Shown one piece after another: positions 49,590 through 58,538 of a DNA stretch of 64,000 nt. Numbering within the stretch: position 1 is the first letter of the stretch; the number at the start of each line of letters is the position of its first letter. The stretch is taken from assembly GCA_963830205.1 (NCBI GenBank), contig CAWHLP010000009.1, positions 28,072 through 92,071 of the forward strand. The letters run 5' to 3'. Below the pieces are notes generated by a model. The model saw nothing but the letters and a program-made list of their open reading frames with translations. It ran no database searches and had not been told where the DNA came from. A program made the translations under genes and the position numbers. Source of the DNA: an uncultured Alphaproteobacteria bacterium (GTDB lineage: Bacteria > Pseudomonadota > Alphaproteobacteria > Rhizobiales > Kaistiaceae).

Positions 49590-50363
49590 TCAGCGGGGAC
49601 CACTGAAAGCGGATTCCTCGAGGGTCGCCTGTGCGGCGGTACGGATGCGCTGGAGGTCCTTCGCCAGTGACTGCATCAGAGCCTGCGAGGCGACCTTCGC
49701 AAAGACCGTGGCGACGAGCGCACCGACGGCTGGCCCGCCGAAATTCAGCCCGATCGCAACCGAGGCCGTGCCGCCGCGACCGACGAGCCTCAGCCCATAG
49801 CCGCGCGATCTGGCGAGCCCGATCTTGCGTTCGAGCACGGCCCGCGCCTCGCTGCCGCGGCTGAAATCGGCGACGGCATCGAGCTCGCGCTCGCATCGCT
49901 CGGGTGTCATGGTGGAGAGGGCCGCCTGCCCCATTGCGCTGCTCAGATCCAGCCGCTCGTAAAGCGTGCTCGGCTTCAACGTCTGCGTGGTCAAGGGCCG
50001 CGTACTGAACGTCACGACCATCTCGCCGTGATCGAGAAAACCGATGGCCAGCGGCCACGACCGGTCGAGCGTCACCCGGCGCGCATGGGGCTCGATCGCG
50101 TCGAGAATCATGATCCGGTCATCGACCTGCCGTCCGATCCGCCCGAGAGCACCCGTCAGGCGATATTCGCCGGCCCGGCCGTCCTTGGCGACCAGCCCGG
50201 CGTCGACAAGGTTCGCCAGAATGCGGTGGGCCGTCGACCGGGTGAGGCCGGTTCGTTCGGAAAGCTCGCCAAGGCTGACGCGGAACATGCCTGCCAGCGC
50301 TTCCAGGACAAGCAGATTGCGACCGAGCACGGAAGTGGGAGGAAGTGACGACGAGACGCTCAT
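49590..50363 (-). CDS. IclR family transcriptional regulator
   Basis: 257 aa. N-terminal wHTH (LGELSERTGLTRSTAHRILANLVDAGLV) and C-terminal IclR effector domain. Confidence 0.9.
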   Translation of the reverse strand: MSVSSSLPPTSVLGRNLLVLEALAGMFRVSLGELSERTGLTRSTAHRILANLVDAGLVAKDGRAGEYRLTGALGRIGRQVDDRIMILDAIEPHARRVTLDRSWPLAIGFLDHGEMVVTFSTRPLTTQTLKPSTLYERLDLSSAMGQAALSTMTPERCERELDAVADFSRGSEARAVLERKIGLARSRGYGLRLVGRGGTASVAIGLNFGGPAVGALVATVFAKVASQALMQSLAKDLQRIRTAAQATLEESAFSGPR

Positions 50364-50456
50364 GTGTCCGTTTCTCGAGCCAAGTCAAGCCAATGCGTTT
50401 CCGAAGACCGGAATCATCGGACTCCGCCGTTGCAAAGGCAAGCGGCCGGCTTAAGC

Positions 50457-51341
50457 GTGTTGAGCTTGTTCCATCGGGCCAACCGAACAACCGACTGCAG
50501 CGTTGTTACTGCCCATCGTAACGTTGGCCCGCCGTTACTCGTTCGAACCGACAAAGGTGCGGCCATTTCTTCCTTCCGGCAGAAGTTCGCAAACCGCGAA
50601 ACGCTCATAGGTACGTTCATCAAGACGCCGACGACCCACGCCACCGAGATCATCGGCGGGGTCGGCTTCGACTTCGTGGTGATCGACGAGGAACACGCGC
50701 CCTTCGACCGGCTCGCCATCGACGTCTGTCTGCTTGCCGCCAGGGCGAGCGGGCTCGCCGGCCTGGTCCGCGTCGCCAATGCCGCGCCGTCGACCATCCT
50801 CTCGGCGCTCGACTGCGGTGCCACCGGGCTGCTCGTGCCCCATGTCGCAACGGCCGCGAAAGCGCGCGACGTGGCGGCGTCGGCCCGGTATCGCGGCGGG
50901 CGGCGGGGGTATTCCGGATCGGTGCGCCCCGCCGGCTTCGGCACCAAGCCGATGTGGTCGTTCATCGACGAGTCCGACGCGCAGACGACCGTCATCGCCC
51001 AGATCGAGGACCCCGAGGCGCTGGACGAGATCGACGCGATCGCCGGCGTCGACGGCATCGACGGCCTGTTCATCGGGCGCGGCGACATGACCGCCGCCTT
51101 CGGTGCGCCGTCGAACGACGCGCCGCAGATCAGGGACGCGGTCGAGCGGATCGCCAAGGCGGCGGACAAAGCTGGCAAACCTGTCGCGGTGTTCATCTCG
51201 AACAAGGTCGAAGCGTCGTGGCTGAGAGAGTACGGAGCGACGACATTCGTGGTTGGCTCTGATCAGTCCTTCTTGCGGCGGGGCGCAGCCAGCGCTCTTT
51301 CCGAACTGCGTCCGGCGGCGGCAGAGAAGCCGAAGGCGTAG
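50457..51341 (+). CDS. HpcH/HpaI family aldolase (2-keto-3-deoxy-acid aldolase-like)
   Basis: FRQKFANRETLIGTFIKTPTTHATEIIGGVGFDFVVIDEEHAPFD...LVRV...LLVPHV...IAQIEDPEALDEIDAIAGVDGIDGLFIGRGDM. Start uncertain: no in-frame ATG near the expected N-terminus, so GTG 50457 is used provisionally. Confidence 0.8.
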   Translation: MLSLFHRANRTTDCSVVTAHRNVGPPLLVRTDKGAAISSFRQKFANRETLIGTFIKTPTTHATEIIGGVGFDFVVIDEEHAPFDRLAIDVCLLAARASGLAGLVRVANAAPSTILSALDCGATGLLVPHVATAAKARDVAASARYRGGRRGYSGSVRPAGFGTKPMWSFIDESDAQTTVIAQIEDPEALDEIDAIAGVDGIDGLFIGRGDMTAAFGAPSNDAPQIRDAVERIAKAADKAGKPVAVFISNKVEASWLREYGATTFVVGSDQSFLRRGAASALSELRPAAAEKPKA

Positions 51342-51386
51342 CAATCGCCGCCTCCGGCCTGCCTGCGCCGGCTTGCCCCTTCCCCC

Positions 51387-52259
51387 TCACGACTCCTGCG
51401 GCGCGGCGTAATCGTCGGCGTTGAGTATCTGCCCCTTGGCGATGAAGTCGGAGCGCGGCGGCGAGAACACGTCGATCAGGATGTGACGCGTTGCCCCGAC
51501 CCCTTCCGAGGTGTGGATGATCGGCGGCGGGATCAGCGCAATCGTGCCCGGGGCCGCCAGAATATGCTCGTCCGGGCGCCAGCGGTCGGCGTCGATCACC
51601 CAGCTCGTCCGGTAATGGTGGGTGAATTCGCCCTCGAGTGCGATCGATGCCTGTTCGATGTCGGTGTGGAAGTGCGGCGACAGGTTCTTGCGGTCGCGCG
51701 GGCCGGCATACTCGACCCAGTTGATGCTCATCGTCTCGGTCTGAAAGAGCTTGGCGCGCGGCATACCAACCGAGTTCGGCATATCGGCGAGCACGTGGAC
51801 CGCTGGCATACCGGCGTTCTTGACGCGGCGATACGGCTTGACCGGGCGAAGCGCCGGCATCGACCCGCCGAGCCCCTGGTCGTAGATGCCGACCGTCCTC
51901 AGCGAATCCGGGATTGGCGAGAACAGCCGCACGCAGGTTCCAGCGTCGTGGAACTGGACGGCCGTCTTTCCGGCCGGAATGATGCAGACTGAGCGGCCGG
52001 GCGCCGTCCTCTCGCCGCCCGCCCAGGTAATCGTCGCGCCGACATCGGGAAGCAGCAGGAAATATTCCGCGGGCGAGTCGATCGCCAGGCTGGCCGGTGC
52101 CTTCTCGATCTCGGACCATGCGATCAGGAAACTGTAGGAGCGCATGAGGCGCGTCTTGACCGAGCCGTCCTTCGTGGTGACGAGGTCCTCCCTCCGCGCC
52201 ACGATGGCCGAGGCCGGATAGGCCGTCGCAAGGATTTCCTTCTGGGCGGTGCTGCTCAT
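51387..52259 (-). CDS. Cupin-like (possible bicupin) protein
   Basis: About 290 aa from ATG 52259 (or 52271). C-terminal half has SPHFHTDIEQASIALEGEF, a cupin-type metal motif. The longer 653-aa ORF is a read-through into the antisense of the next gene. Confidence 0.5.
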   Translation of the reverse strand: MSSTAQKEILATAYPASAIVARREDLVTTKDGSVKTRLMRSYSFLIAWSEIEKAPASLAIDSPAEYFLLLPDVGATITWAGGERTAPGRSVCIIPAGKTAVQFHDAGTCVRLFSPIPDSLRTVGIYDQGLGGSMPALRPVKPYRRVKNAGMPAVHVLADMPNSVGMPRAKLFQTETMSINWVEYAGPRDRKNLSPHFHTDIEQASIALEGEFTHHYRTSWVIDADRWRPDEHILAAPGTIALIPPPIIHTSEGVGATRHILIDVFSPPRSDFIAKGQILNADDYAAPQES

Positions 52260-52318
52260 GTCGTTCCCCATGTTCTGGCGTGATTGTTGTTGGCGGCCTG
52301 GTGCCCGGGCATGCGGGT

Positions 52319-53566
52319 TCACCGCGGCTCCCACTGCAGGATGTAGAGGCCGGCGTCGTAGTCGGTGACGAAGGCGAGACCGTCGGTGGTGACGAAGACG
52401 TCCGCGGTGTGCAGGACCTTCTTGCGGCCGCGCAACGGCTCCATCCATCGCCGCGGCGTCGGCGGCACGAACCAGCCGATCTCCTCCGGCCGAAATGGGT
52501 TGGAGATGTCGTAGGCGCGCACCCCGGCGTTCTGGTAGGTGGCGAAGATCGTCGTCGAACTCTGCAAGGAGCCGGGCCTGTTTTCGTGGAGATTGTGCGG
52601 CCCGAAATGCCCGCCCTTGGCGACATAGTCCTGGTCCGATGGAACCGGAAACGTCGCGATGGTCACCGGGTTCGACGGCGCCCGGATGTCCACGACCCAG
52701 ATCGGCTTGAGTGGCTCCTGGTCGATGTCCTGCACCGCTTCGTCGGCGACGATGGCGAGGCCGCGGTCGACCAGCGGCAGCGGACTGTGCGTGCCACCGG
52801 CGAACGGCGGCGACCAGTTGCGGTGGGCGATGAGCTTCGGCTGCGTCTTGTCGGCGACATCGATCAGCGTGAAGCCGCCATCGCGCCAGGCACCGTAGGC
52901 GACGTCGCCGGCGACCACCGCGTGGTGCAACCCGACGCGGCCGGCGAGCTCGTTGCGCTCGCCGCCGGCGACCCACATCCCCGGAAGCCACCAGCGCCCA
53001 ACGATCTCGGGCCGCGTCGGATCGGCCAGGTCGATGACGATCAGGATGTGATCGATGAAGCCGTCGAGCAAGGCAGAGCCATAGGCGTAGCGCCCGCCGA
53101 CCCACCAGAGCCGGTGGATGCCGAGCCCTTCGACCTGGAGAAACCCGATCGCCCGCGGATTGGCCGGGTCCGAGGTGTCGTAGACCCGCATGCCGCCGGA
53201 GAAGTCCTTGCCGCGCGTTCCGAAGCGGGCGCTGTCGATGCCGCCAATGGTCTTCAGGTAGTACTCGGAGTCCGGCATGATCCCGCGGAAATCGAGCGCT
53301 TCGGCAACCAGCAGCAGATCGTCGTGGGTCTGCAGATGCAGCGCCCATGAATGGGCGTGGTGGGGCAACAGGTTGACGACGCGCGGCTTGCGTGGGTCGC
53401 GCACGTCGACCACCGAGGTGCCGCGCGTCTTGCTGTGGCCGATATAGGCGTGGCCCTTCGCAACCATGATTTGGTCGCTGTGACCGCGCTCATCGAGGGG
53501 GCTGTAGCCGACGAGCGAGAAGTTGCGCGCACTCTCCGGGACGATCTCCGCCTGGCTCGCCGACAT
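52319..53566 (-). CDS. LVIVD-repeat-type beta-propeller protein, cytoplasmic (paralog A)
   Basis: Repeated hhhhDhxDPxxP strings (SVVDVRDPRKP, MRVYDTSDPANP, ILIVIDLADPTRP, FTLIDVADKTQP, VVDIRAPSNP, VRAYDISNPFRP). No signal peptide. About 65% identical by eye to 58539..59774. Confidence 0.7.
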   Translation of the reverse strand: MSASQAEIVPESARNFSLVGYSPLDERGHSDQIMVAKGHAYIGHSKTRGTSVVDVRDPRKPRVVNLLPHHAHSWALHLQTHDDLLLVAEALDFRGIMPDSEYYLKTIGGIDSARFGTRGKDFSGGMRVYDTSDPANPRAIGFLQVEGLGIHRLWWVGGRYAYGSALLDGFIDHILIVIDLADPTRPEIVGRWWLPGMWVAGGERNELAGRVGLHHAVVAGDVAYGAWRDGGFTLIDVADKTQPKLIAHRNWSPPFAGGTHSPLPLVDRGLAIVADEAVQDIDQEPLKPIWVVDIRAPSNPVTIATFPVPSDQDYVAKGGHFGPHNLHENRPGSLQSSTTIFATYQNAGVRAYDISNPFRPEEIGWFVPPTPRRWMEPLRGRKKVLHTADVFVTTDGLAFVTDYDAGLYILQWEPR

Positions 53567-53621
53567 GGCCTGCTCCGTTGCCTCCGCTCATGCCTCGACC
53601 AACCGGTGGTCCTGGCGCCGA

Positions 53622-54332
53622 CTAGATTCCGAGATGCGCTTCCAGCTTCGCGCGGTTCGCGGCGAAATCCACCTTGGCGATCTCGTCGACCACGACACCG
53701 TCCTCGACGACGTATTGGCGGTCGGCAAGCGACGAGGCGAATTTCACGTTCTGCTCGACCAGGAGGATGGTCAGTCCCCGCTGCTTGAGGTTCATCACCA
53801 CCTGGCCGATCTGGTGGACGAGAACCGGGGCCAGCCCCTCGGTGGGCTCGTCGAGCAGCAGGAGCCTGGCGCCGGTGCGCAGCAGCCGCCCGACTGCCAG
53901 CATCTGTTGCTCGCCGCCCGACAACTTGGTTCCGGCGCTGTGGCGCCGCTCGCGCAGATTGGGGAAGAGCGCGTAGATGTCGGCGTGCGACATGCCGCCG
54001 GGGGCCACCACCGGCGGCAGTTCGAGATTTTCCTCGACGGTGAGGCTGGCGAATATGCCGCGCTCCTCGGGGCAGTAGCCGACACCCAGGCGCGCGATCT
54101 CGTGCGACTGCATGGCGATCAGCTCGCGACCGGCAAGCCTCACCGAGCCTTCCCGCCGGCCGATGATGCCGATGATCGAGCGCAAAGCCGTCGTCTTGCC
54201 GGCACCATTGCGGCCAAGCAGGGCGACCACTTCGCCGCCGTGCACGGCGAGGCTCATGCCATGAAGCACGTGCGACTCGCCGTAATAGGCGTGCAGGTCG
54301 CGCACTTCGAGCAAGGGCTGGCCGCTACTCAT
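53622..54332 (-). CDS. livF: Branched-chain-amino-acid-type ABC transporter ATP-binding protein (LivF-like)
   Basis: LLEVRDLHAYYGESHVLHGMSL, GRNGAGKTT, LSGGEQQML, LLLLDEP. Confidence 0.88.
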   Translation of the reverse strand: MSSGQPLLEVRDLHAYYGESHVLHGMSLAVHGGEVVALLGRNGAGKTTALRSIIGIIGRREGSVRLAGRELIAMQSHEIARLGVGYCPEERGIFASLTVEENLELPPVVAPGGMSHADIYALFPNLRERRHSAGTKLSGGEQQMLAVGRLLRTGARLLLLDEPTEGLAPVLVHQIGQVVMNLKQRGLTILLVEQNVKFASSLADRQYVVEDGVVVDEIAKVDFAANRAKLEAHLGI

Positions 54333-55086
54333 CGCCGGTCCCCAGATAGGCGTCGATCACCTCGGGATTGCGCGAGATGTTCTCGTAGTCGCCCTCGGCC
54401 AGAACCTCGCCACGGCGCAGCACCGTGATCACGTCGCAGAGATCGGCAACCACCTTGATGTTGTGCTCCACCATCAGGATCGTCCGATTGGCGGAAATCC
54501 GGCGGATGAGTTCGCTGATGCGCCCGACGTCCTCGCGGCCAAGGCCGGCCATCGGCTCGTCGAGGAGGAGCATCTGCGGATCGAGCGCCAGGGTCGTGGC
54601 GATCTCGAGAGCGCGCTTGCGACCGTAGGAGAGGTCGGCGGCGACGTGGTCGGCCTGGTCGGCAAGGCCCACCTGGTCGAGAAGCGCCAGGCTCTGCTCG
54701 TCGAGAACCGCCAGGCTCGCCGACGACCGCCAGAAACGGTAGGTGAGCCCAAGCTTCCTCTGCAGCGCCAGGCGCACGTTCTCGCGCAGGGTCAGATAGG
54801 GGAAGATCGCCGAGATCTGGAAGGAGCGGGCAATGCCGAGGGCGGTGATCTCGAATGGCTTGGCGTTGGTGATGTCGCGCCCGGCATAGAAGATCTGGCC
54901 GCTGGTCGGCGTGATGAACTTCGTCAGCATGTGAAAGCAGGTCGTCTTGCCCGCTCCGTTGGGTCCGATGAGGGCGTGAACCGAGCCACGGGCGACGCTG
55001 AGGTCGACGTTCTTCACGGCGAAGAAGCCGCCGAACTGCTTGGTCAGGCCCCTGGTCTCGAGAACGGCATCGGCGCGGGCGCTCAC
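54325..55086 (-). CDS. livG: Branched-chain-amino-acid-type ABC transporter ATP-binding protein (LivG-like)
   Basis: GTG 55086 overlaps the permease stop (GTGA). LETRGLTKQFGGFFAVKNVDL, GPNGAGKTT, LSYGRKRALEIA, LLLLDEPMAG, and the LivG-specific C-terminal extension. Confidence 0.88.
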   Translation of the reverse strand: MSARADAVLETRGLTKQFGGFFAVKNVDLSVARGSVHALIGPNGAGKTTCFHMLTKFITPTSGQIFYAGRDITNAKPFEITALGIARSFQISAIFPYLTLRENVRLALQRKLGLTYRFWRSSASLAVLDEQSLALLDQVGLADQADHVAADLSYGRKRALEIATTLALDPQMLLLDEPMAGLGREDVGRISELIRRISANRTILMVEHNIKVVADLCDVITVLRRGEVLAEGDYENISRNPEVIDAYLGTGDE

Positions 55087-56918
55087 AGCGGCCTCCCGGT
55101 CAGGCGCATGAGCTGGCCCACGATGCCCTGTCTGAGCGCCAGGACGCAGACGACGAACACAGTGCCCTGGATGACGTTCACCCAGCTTCCCCAGGAGGCG
55201 AAGTAGTACTGCATGCCGACAACGGTGAAGGCACCGACGACCGGTCCGAAGATCGTGCCGGCGCCGCCGACGAGAACCATCAGGATCACGTCGCCGGACG
55301 TCGAGTGGTAGACATCCGGCAGGGAGGCGATGTGGAACGCCAGGACCTTCAGCGATCCGGCAAGACCGGCGATCGCGGCTGAAAGCACGAAGGCGAGGAG
55401 CTTGACGCGATCGGTGTTGTAGCCGAGCGACACCGCGCGTGGCTCGTTCTCGCGGATCGCCTTGAGCACCTGGCCGAACGGCGAGTGCACCGTCCGGAAC
55501 ACCAGCAGGAATCCCGCCAGGAAGAGCGCCAGGACGACGTAATAGAAGGCGCGGTCGTTGTCGATGTCGAGGAGGCCGAACAACCGACCACGCGGCACGC
55601 TGGAGAGACCGTCTTCGCCACCGGAGAAAGGCGCCTCGAGAAAGAAGAAATAGACCAGTTCGCCGAGCGCCAGCGTGATCATGGCGAAGTAGATCTTCTG
55701 CCGCTTGACCGACAGCAGACCGACCACCACGCCCAGCGCGGTCGCGGCCAGCGTGCCGGCAAGGATCGACATCTCCGGCGTCCAGCCCCAGACCTTGGCG
55801 ACGTGCCCGGTGATGTAGCCGGCGGTGCCGAGGAACATCGCGTGTCCGAACGACCCGAGCCCGAGGAAGCCGATCAGCAGATTGAGCGCGAGCGCGAAGA
55901 GCGAGAAGCACAGCGCCTTGATGAGGAACGACGGATAGAAGAAGAAGGGCGCGACCAGGAGCGCGGCCGTCATCCCCCAGAAAACCAGCGCGTAATCCTT
56001 CGGTTTGCCCGAGGCGACGGGACGGATCGCGGGATCGAGCGTCGCCGCCTGGCTGACGAGCGACGGGGCGGAGCCGAAAAGACCAGCCGGCTTGACCAGC
56101 AGCACGACCGCCATGATGACGAAGATGACGAGATTGGATGCCTGCGGGAAGAAGGTCTTGGTCAGTCCCTCGAGAAGACCGAGGGCGAAGCCGCTGGCGA
56201 TCGAACCGACGATCGACCCCATGCCGCCGATGACGACGACGGCGAACACCACGATGATGAGGTTTGTCCCCATCAACGCGTTGACCTGGTAGATGGGTGC
56301 TGCGAGTACGCCCGCGAGCCCGGCGAGCGCCGCCCCGAAGCCGAACGTCACCGTCACCATGCGCGGAACGTTGACGCCGAAGGCCTGCACCAGAGACGGG
56401 TTTTCGGTGGCGGCGCGCAGATAGGAACCGATCTTGGTCCGCTCGATGACCAGCCAGGTCGTCAGGCACACCGCGGCGGACGCCAGGATCACCCAGCCGC
56501 GATAGACCGGCAGGACCATGAAGCCCAGCTGCCAGGCGCCCCGGAGCTGCGACGGGATGCCGTAAGGCTTGCCCAAAGCGCTGAAATAATTGAGGAAGAG
56601 GCCCTCGATGACCGTCGCGAGACCGAGCGTGAGGAGCAGCCCGTACAGGTGTTCCAGCTTGTAGACACGGCGGATGATCGTGCGCTCGAGCACCATGCCG
56701 AAGGCGCCAACGATCAGCGGAGCGAGGATCAGCGCCGGCCAGTAGCCGATGCCGAGATAGGTCAGCATCAACCAGGCGGCGAACGCGCCCATCATGTAGA
56801 GGGCGCCGTGGGTGAAGTTGATGATGTTGAGCAGGCCGAAGATCACCGCGAGGCCGAGGCTCAGCATCGCGTAGAACGAGCCGTTTATCAGCCCAAGAAG
56901 CAGCTGCCCCATCAGCAT
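55083..56918 (-). CDS. Fused LivH-LivM type ABC permease (single 611-aa polypeptide)
   Basis: N-half is LivH-like (LLGLINGSFYAMLSLGLAVIFGLLNIINFTHGALYMMGAF). C-half is LivM-like (LNLLIGFLGLGSFGHAMFLGTAGY...). One uninterrupted frame. Confidence 0.88.
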   Translation of the reverse strand: MLMGQLLLGLINGSFYAMLSLGLAVIFGLLNIINFTHGALYMMGAFAAWLMLTYLGIGYWPALILAPLIVGAFGMVLERTIIRRVYKLEHLYGLLLTLGLATVIEGLFLNYFSALGKPYGIPSQLRGAWQLGFMVLPVYRGWVILASAAVCLTTWLVIERTKIGSYLRAATENPSLVQAFGVNVPRMVTVTFGFGAALAGLAGVLAAPIYQVNALMGTNLIIVVFAVVVIGGMGSIVGSIASGFALGLLEGLTKTFFPQASNLVIFVIMAVVLLVKPAGLFGSAPSLVSQAATLDPAIRPVASGKPKDYALVFWGMTAALLVAPFFFYPSFLIKALCFSLFALALNLLIGFLGLGSFGHAMFLGTAGYITGHVAKVWGWTPEMSILAGTLAATALGVVVGLLSVKRQKIYFAMITLALGELVYFFFLEAPFSGGEDGLSSVPRGRLFGLLDIDNDRAFYYVVLALFLAGFLLVFRTVHSPFGQVLKAIRENEPRAVSLGYNTDRVKLLAFVLSAAIAGLAGSLKVLAFHIASLPDVYHSTSGDVILMVLVGGAGTIFGPVVGAFTVVGMQYYFASWGSWVNVIQGTVFVVCVLALRQGIVGQLMRLTGRPL

Positions 56919-57011
56919 TTCGGGTTCTCTACACGTTCACCGTCTGGGAATGTCCGACAATCCGGAAAGCGATGCGGGGTGCACCGCTTTCCGGATTGTT
57001 TGGAACGGCGG

Positions 57012-58259
57012 CTACTTCACCAGAGGACAACCACCCTCGTTGAGCGGGCGGAAGGCCTGATCGCCAGGAACGGTCGCGATCAGCTTGTAGAGATCCCAGT
57101 CGGACTTCGATTCGGCCGGCGACTTCACCTGGAAGACGTAGACGTCGTGGATGACGCGCCCATCGGCACGAACATAGCCGTCGCTGAAGAGCCCGTCATG
57201 GGTCGGCATCTTCTTCATCTGCGCCACGACCTTGTCGCCGTCGCGGGTGCCGGCGGCCTTCAGGGCGCGCAGATAGTGGAGCACCGAGGCATACATGCCG
57301 GCGTGGTGCAGCGTCGGATAGGACGTGCTGTAGATGGCGTTGAAGCGCTTGGTCCACGCGCGCGTGCTGTCGTTCAGGTCCCAGTAGAACGGCTCGACCA
57401 GTGTCGTTCCTTGCGCGGCATCCAGGCCAAGGCCCTTGATGTCGACGACATTGGCGTTGATCGCCGCAAGCGTCTGCTTGTCCGCCAGGCCAAATTCATG
57501 CGCCTGCTTGATCGAGGTCACCAGGTCGCCGCCGGCGTTGGCAAAGCCGACGACCTTGGCGCCTGACGACTGGGCCTGCAGCAGGAACGAGGAGAAGTCC
57601 TGGGTGTTGACGGGGTGGAGGACCTGGCCGAGCACCTTGCCGCCCGCCTTGATCACAGCGTTGGCGGCGGCGGATTCGAGATCCTTGCCGAAGGAGTAGT
57701 CCGCGGTCAGGAAGAACCAGCTGTCGCCGCCAGCGGCCGTGATCGCCTTGGCGACGGCATTGCCGACCTCGTAGGTGTCGTAGGTCCAGTGGATCGTGTT
57801 GGGCGTGCACAGCTCGCCGGTCAGGCGGGCGGAGCCGGCAGCACTGAGCAGGGCTACCTTGTTATATTGCTTGACGACATCCACGACGGCGAACGCAACC
57901 GACGAATTGGTGACGTCGAGGACCGCGTCGACACCCTCCTTCTCGAACCACTGCTTGGCGATCGCAGCGCCGACGTCAGCCTTCTGCTGATGGTCGGCAT
58001 AGATGATCTCGACGTTGAATCCCGCGTCCGGGTTCTCTTTCATGAAGTCTTCGACCGCGAGCTTCGCACCGGCGACCAGGCCAAGTCCGCCGGAGGTCGA
58101 GTAGATGTTCGAGAAATCGCTGAGCACGCCCAGCTTGACAGTTCCGGTGACGCCACCGGCGAGCGACGGCGAAGCTGCTGCAAGTACAAGCGCGGCCATT
58201 CCGAGTCCAAATGCATGCGCGACGCGTCGGCCGGTCGGCCACTTTCCGGTCTTGTTCAT
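57012..58259 (-). CDS. ABC transporter substrate-binding protein (LivK/amide-urea family fold)
   Basis: Signal peptide ...LVLAAASPSLAG. VKLGVLSDFSNIYS and a type-I periplasmic binding fold of typical length (415 aa). Confidence 0.88.
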   Translation of the reverse strand: MNKTGKWPTGRRVAHAFGLGMAALVLAAASPSLAGGVTGTVKLGVLSDFSNIYSTSGGLGLVAGAKLAVEDFMKENPDAGFNVEIIYADHQQKADVGAAIAKQWFEKEGVDAVLDVTNSSVAFAVVDVVKQYNKVALLSAAGSARLTGELCTPNTIHWTYDTYEVGNAVAKAITAAGGDSWFFLTADYSFGKDLESAAANAVIKAGGKVLGQVLHPVNTQDFSSFLLQAQSSGAKVVGFANAGGDLVTSIKQAHEFGLADKQTLAAINANVVDIKGLGLDAAQGTTLVEPFYWDLNDSTRAWTKRFNAIYSTSYPTLHHAGMYASVLHYLRALKAAGTRDGDKVVAQMKKMPTHDGLFSDGYVRADGRVIHDVYVFQVKSPAESKSDWDLYKLIATVPGDQAFRPLNEGGCPLVK

Positions 58260-58538
58260 GGGTTCCCTCCCTCGATGGCGCCGTCACCGAAATCACACTA
58301 CGATTTGTGGTCCAGCACCTGCATGGAAACCTACGCCCGGGTCTCACCCGCACAACGAAATAGACGCCGGATTCCGACCAATGGAATCACTCGCCATTGG
58401 ATTCTCGCTTGCGCCGTTGGGAGGGTAAGATCAGGCGCTGCAGCGTGTTTGGCGGCCGGGCAGGTCGCGACATCGTCCTCACGCGCATATCGAACGGCGT
58501 GTCAGCGCGAGCCGCCAGGATACGCTCGTGACCGGCCC

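Noticed and set aside
51387-56469. Over-long ORFs 51387..53348 (653 aa), 51193..52626 (477 aa) and 54325..56469 (714 aa)
   Set aside because: Only their 3' parts are genuine (cupin-like protein, LivG). The 5' extensions are antisense or out-of-frame read-through into neighbouring genes.
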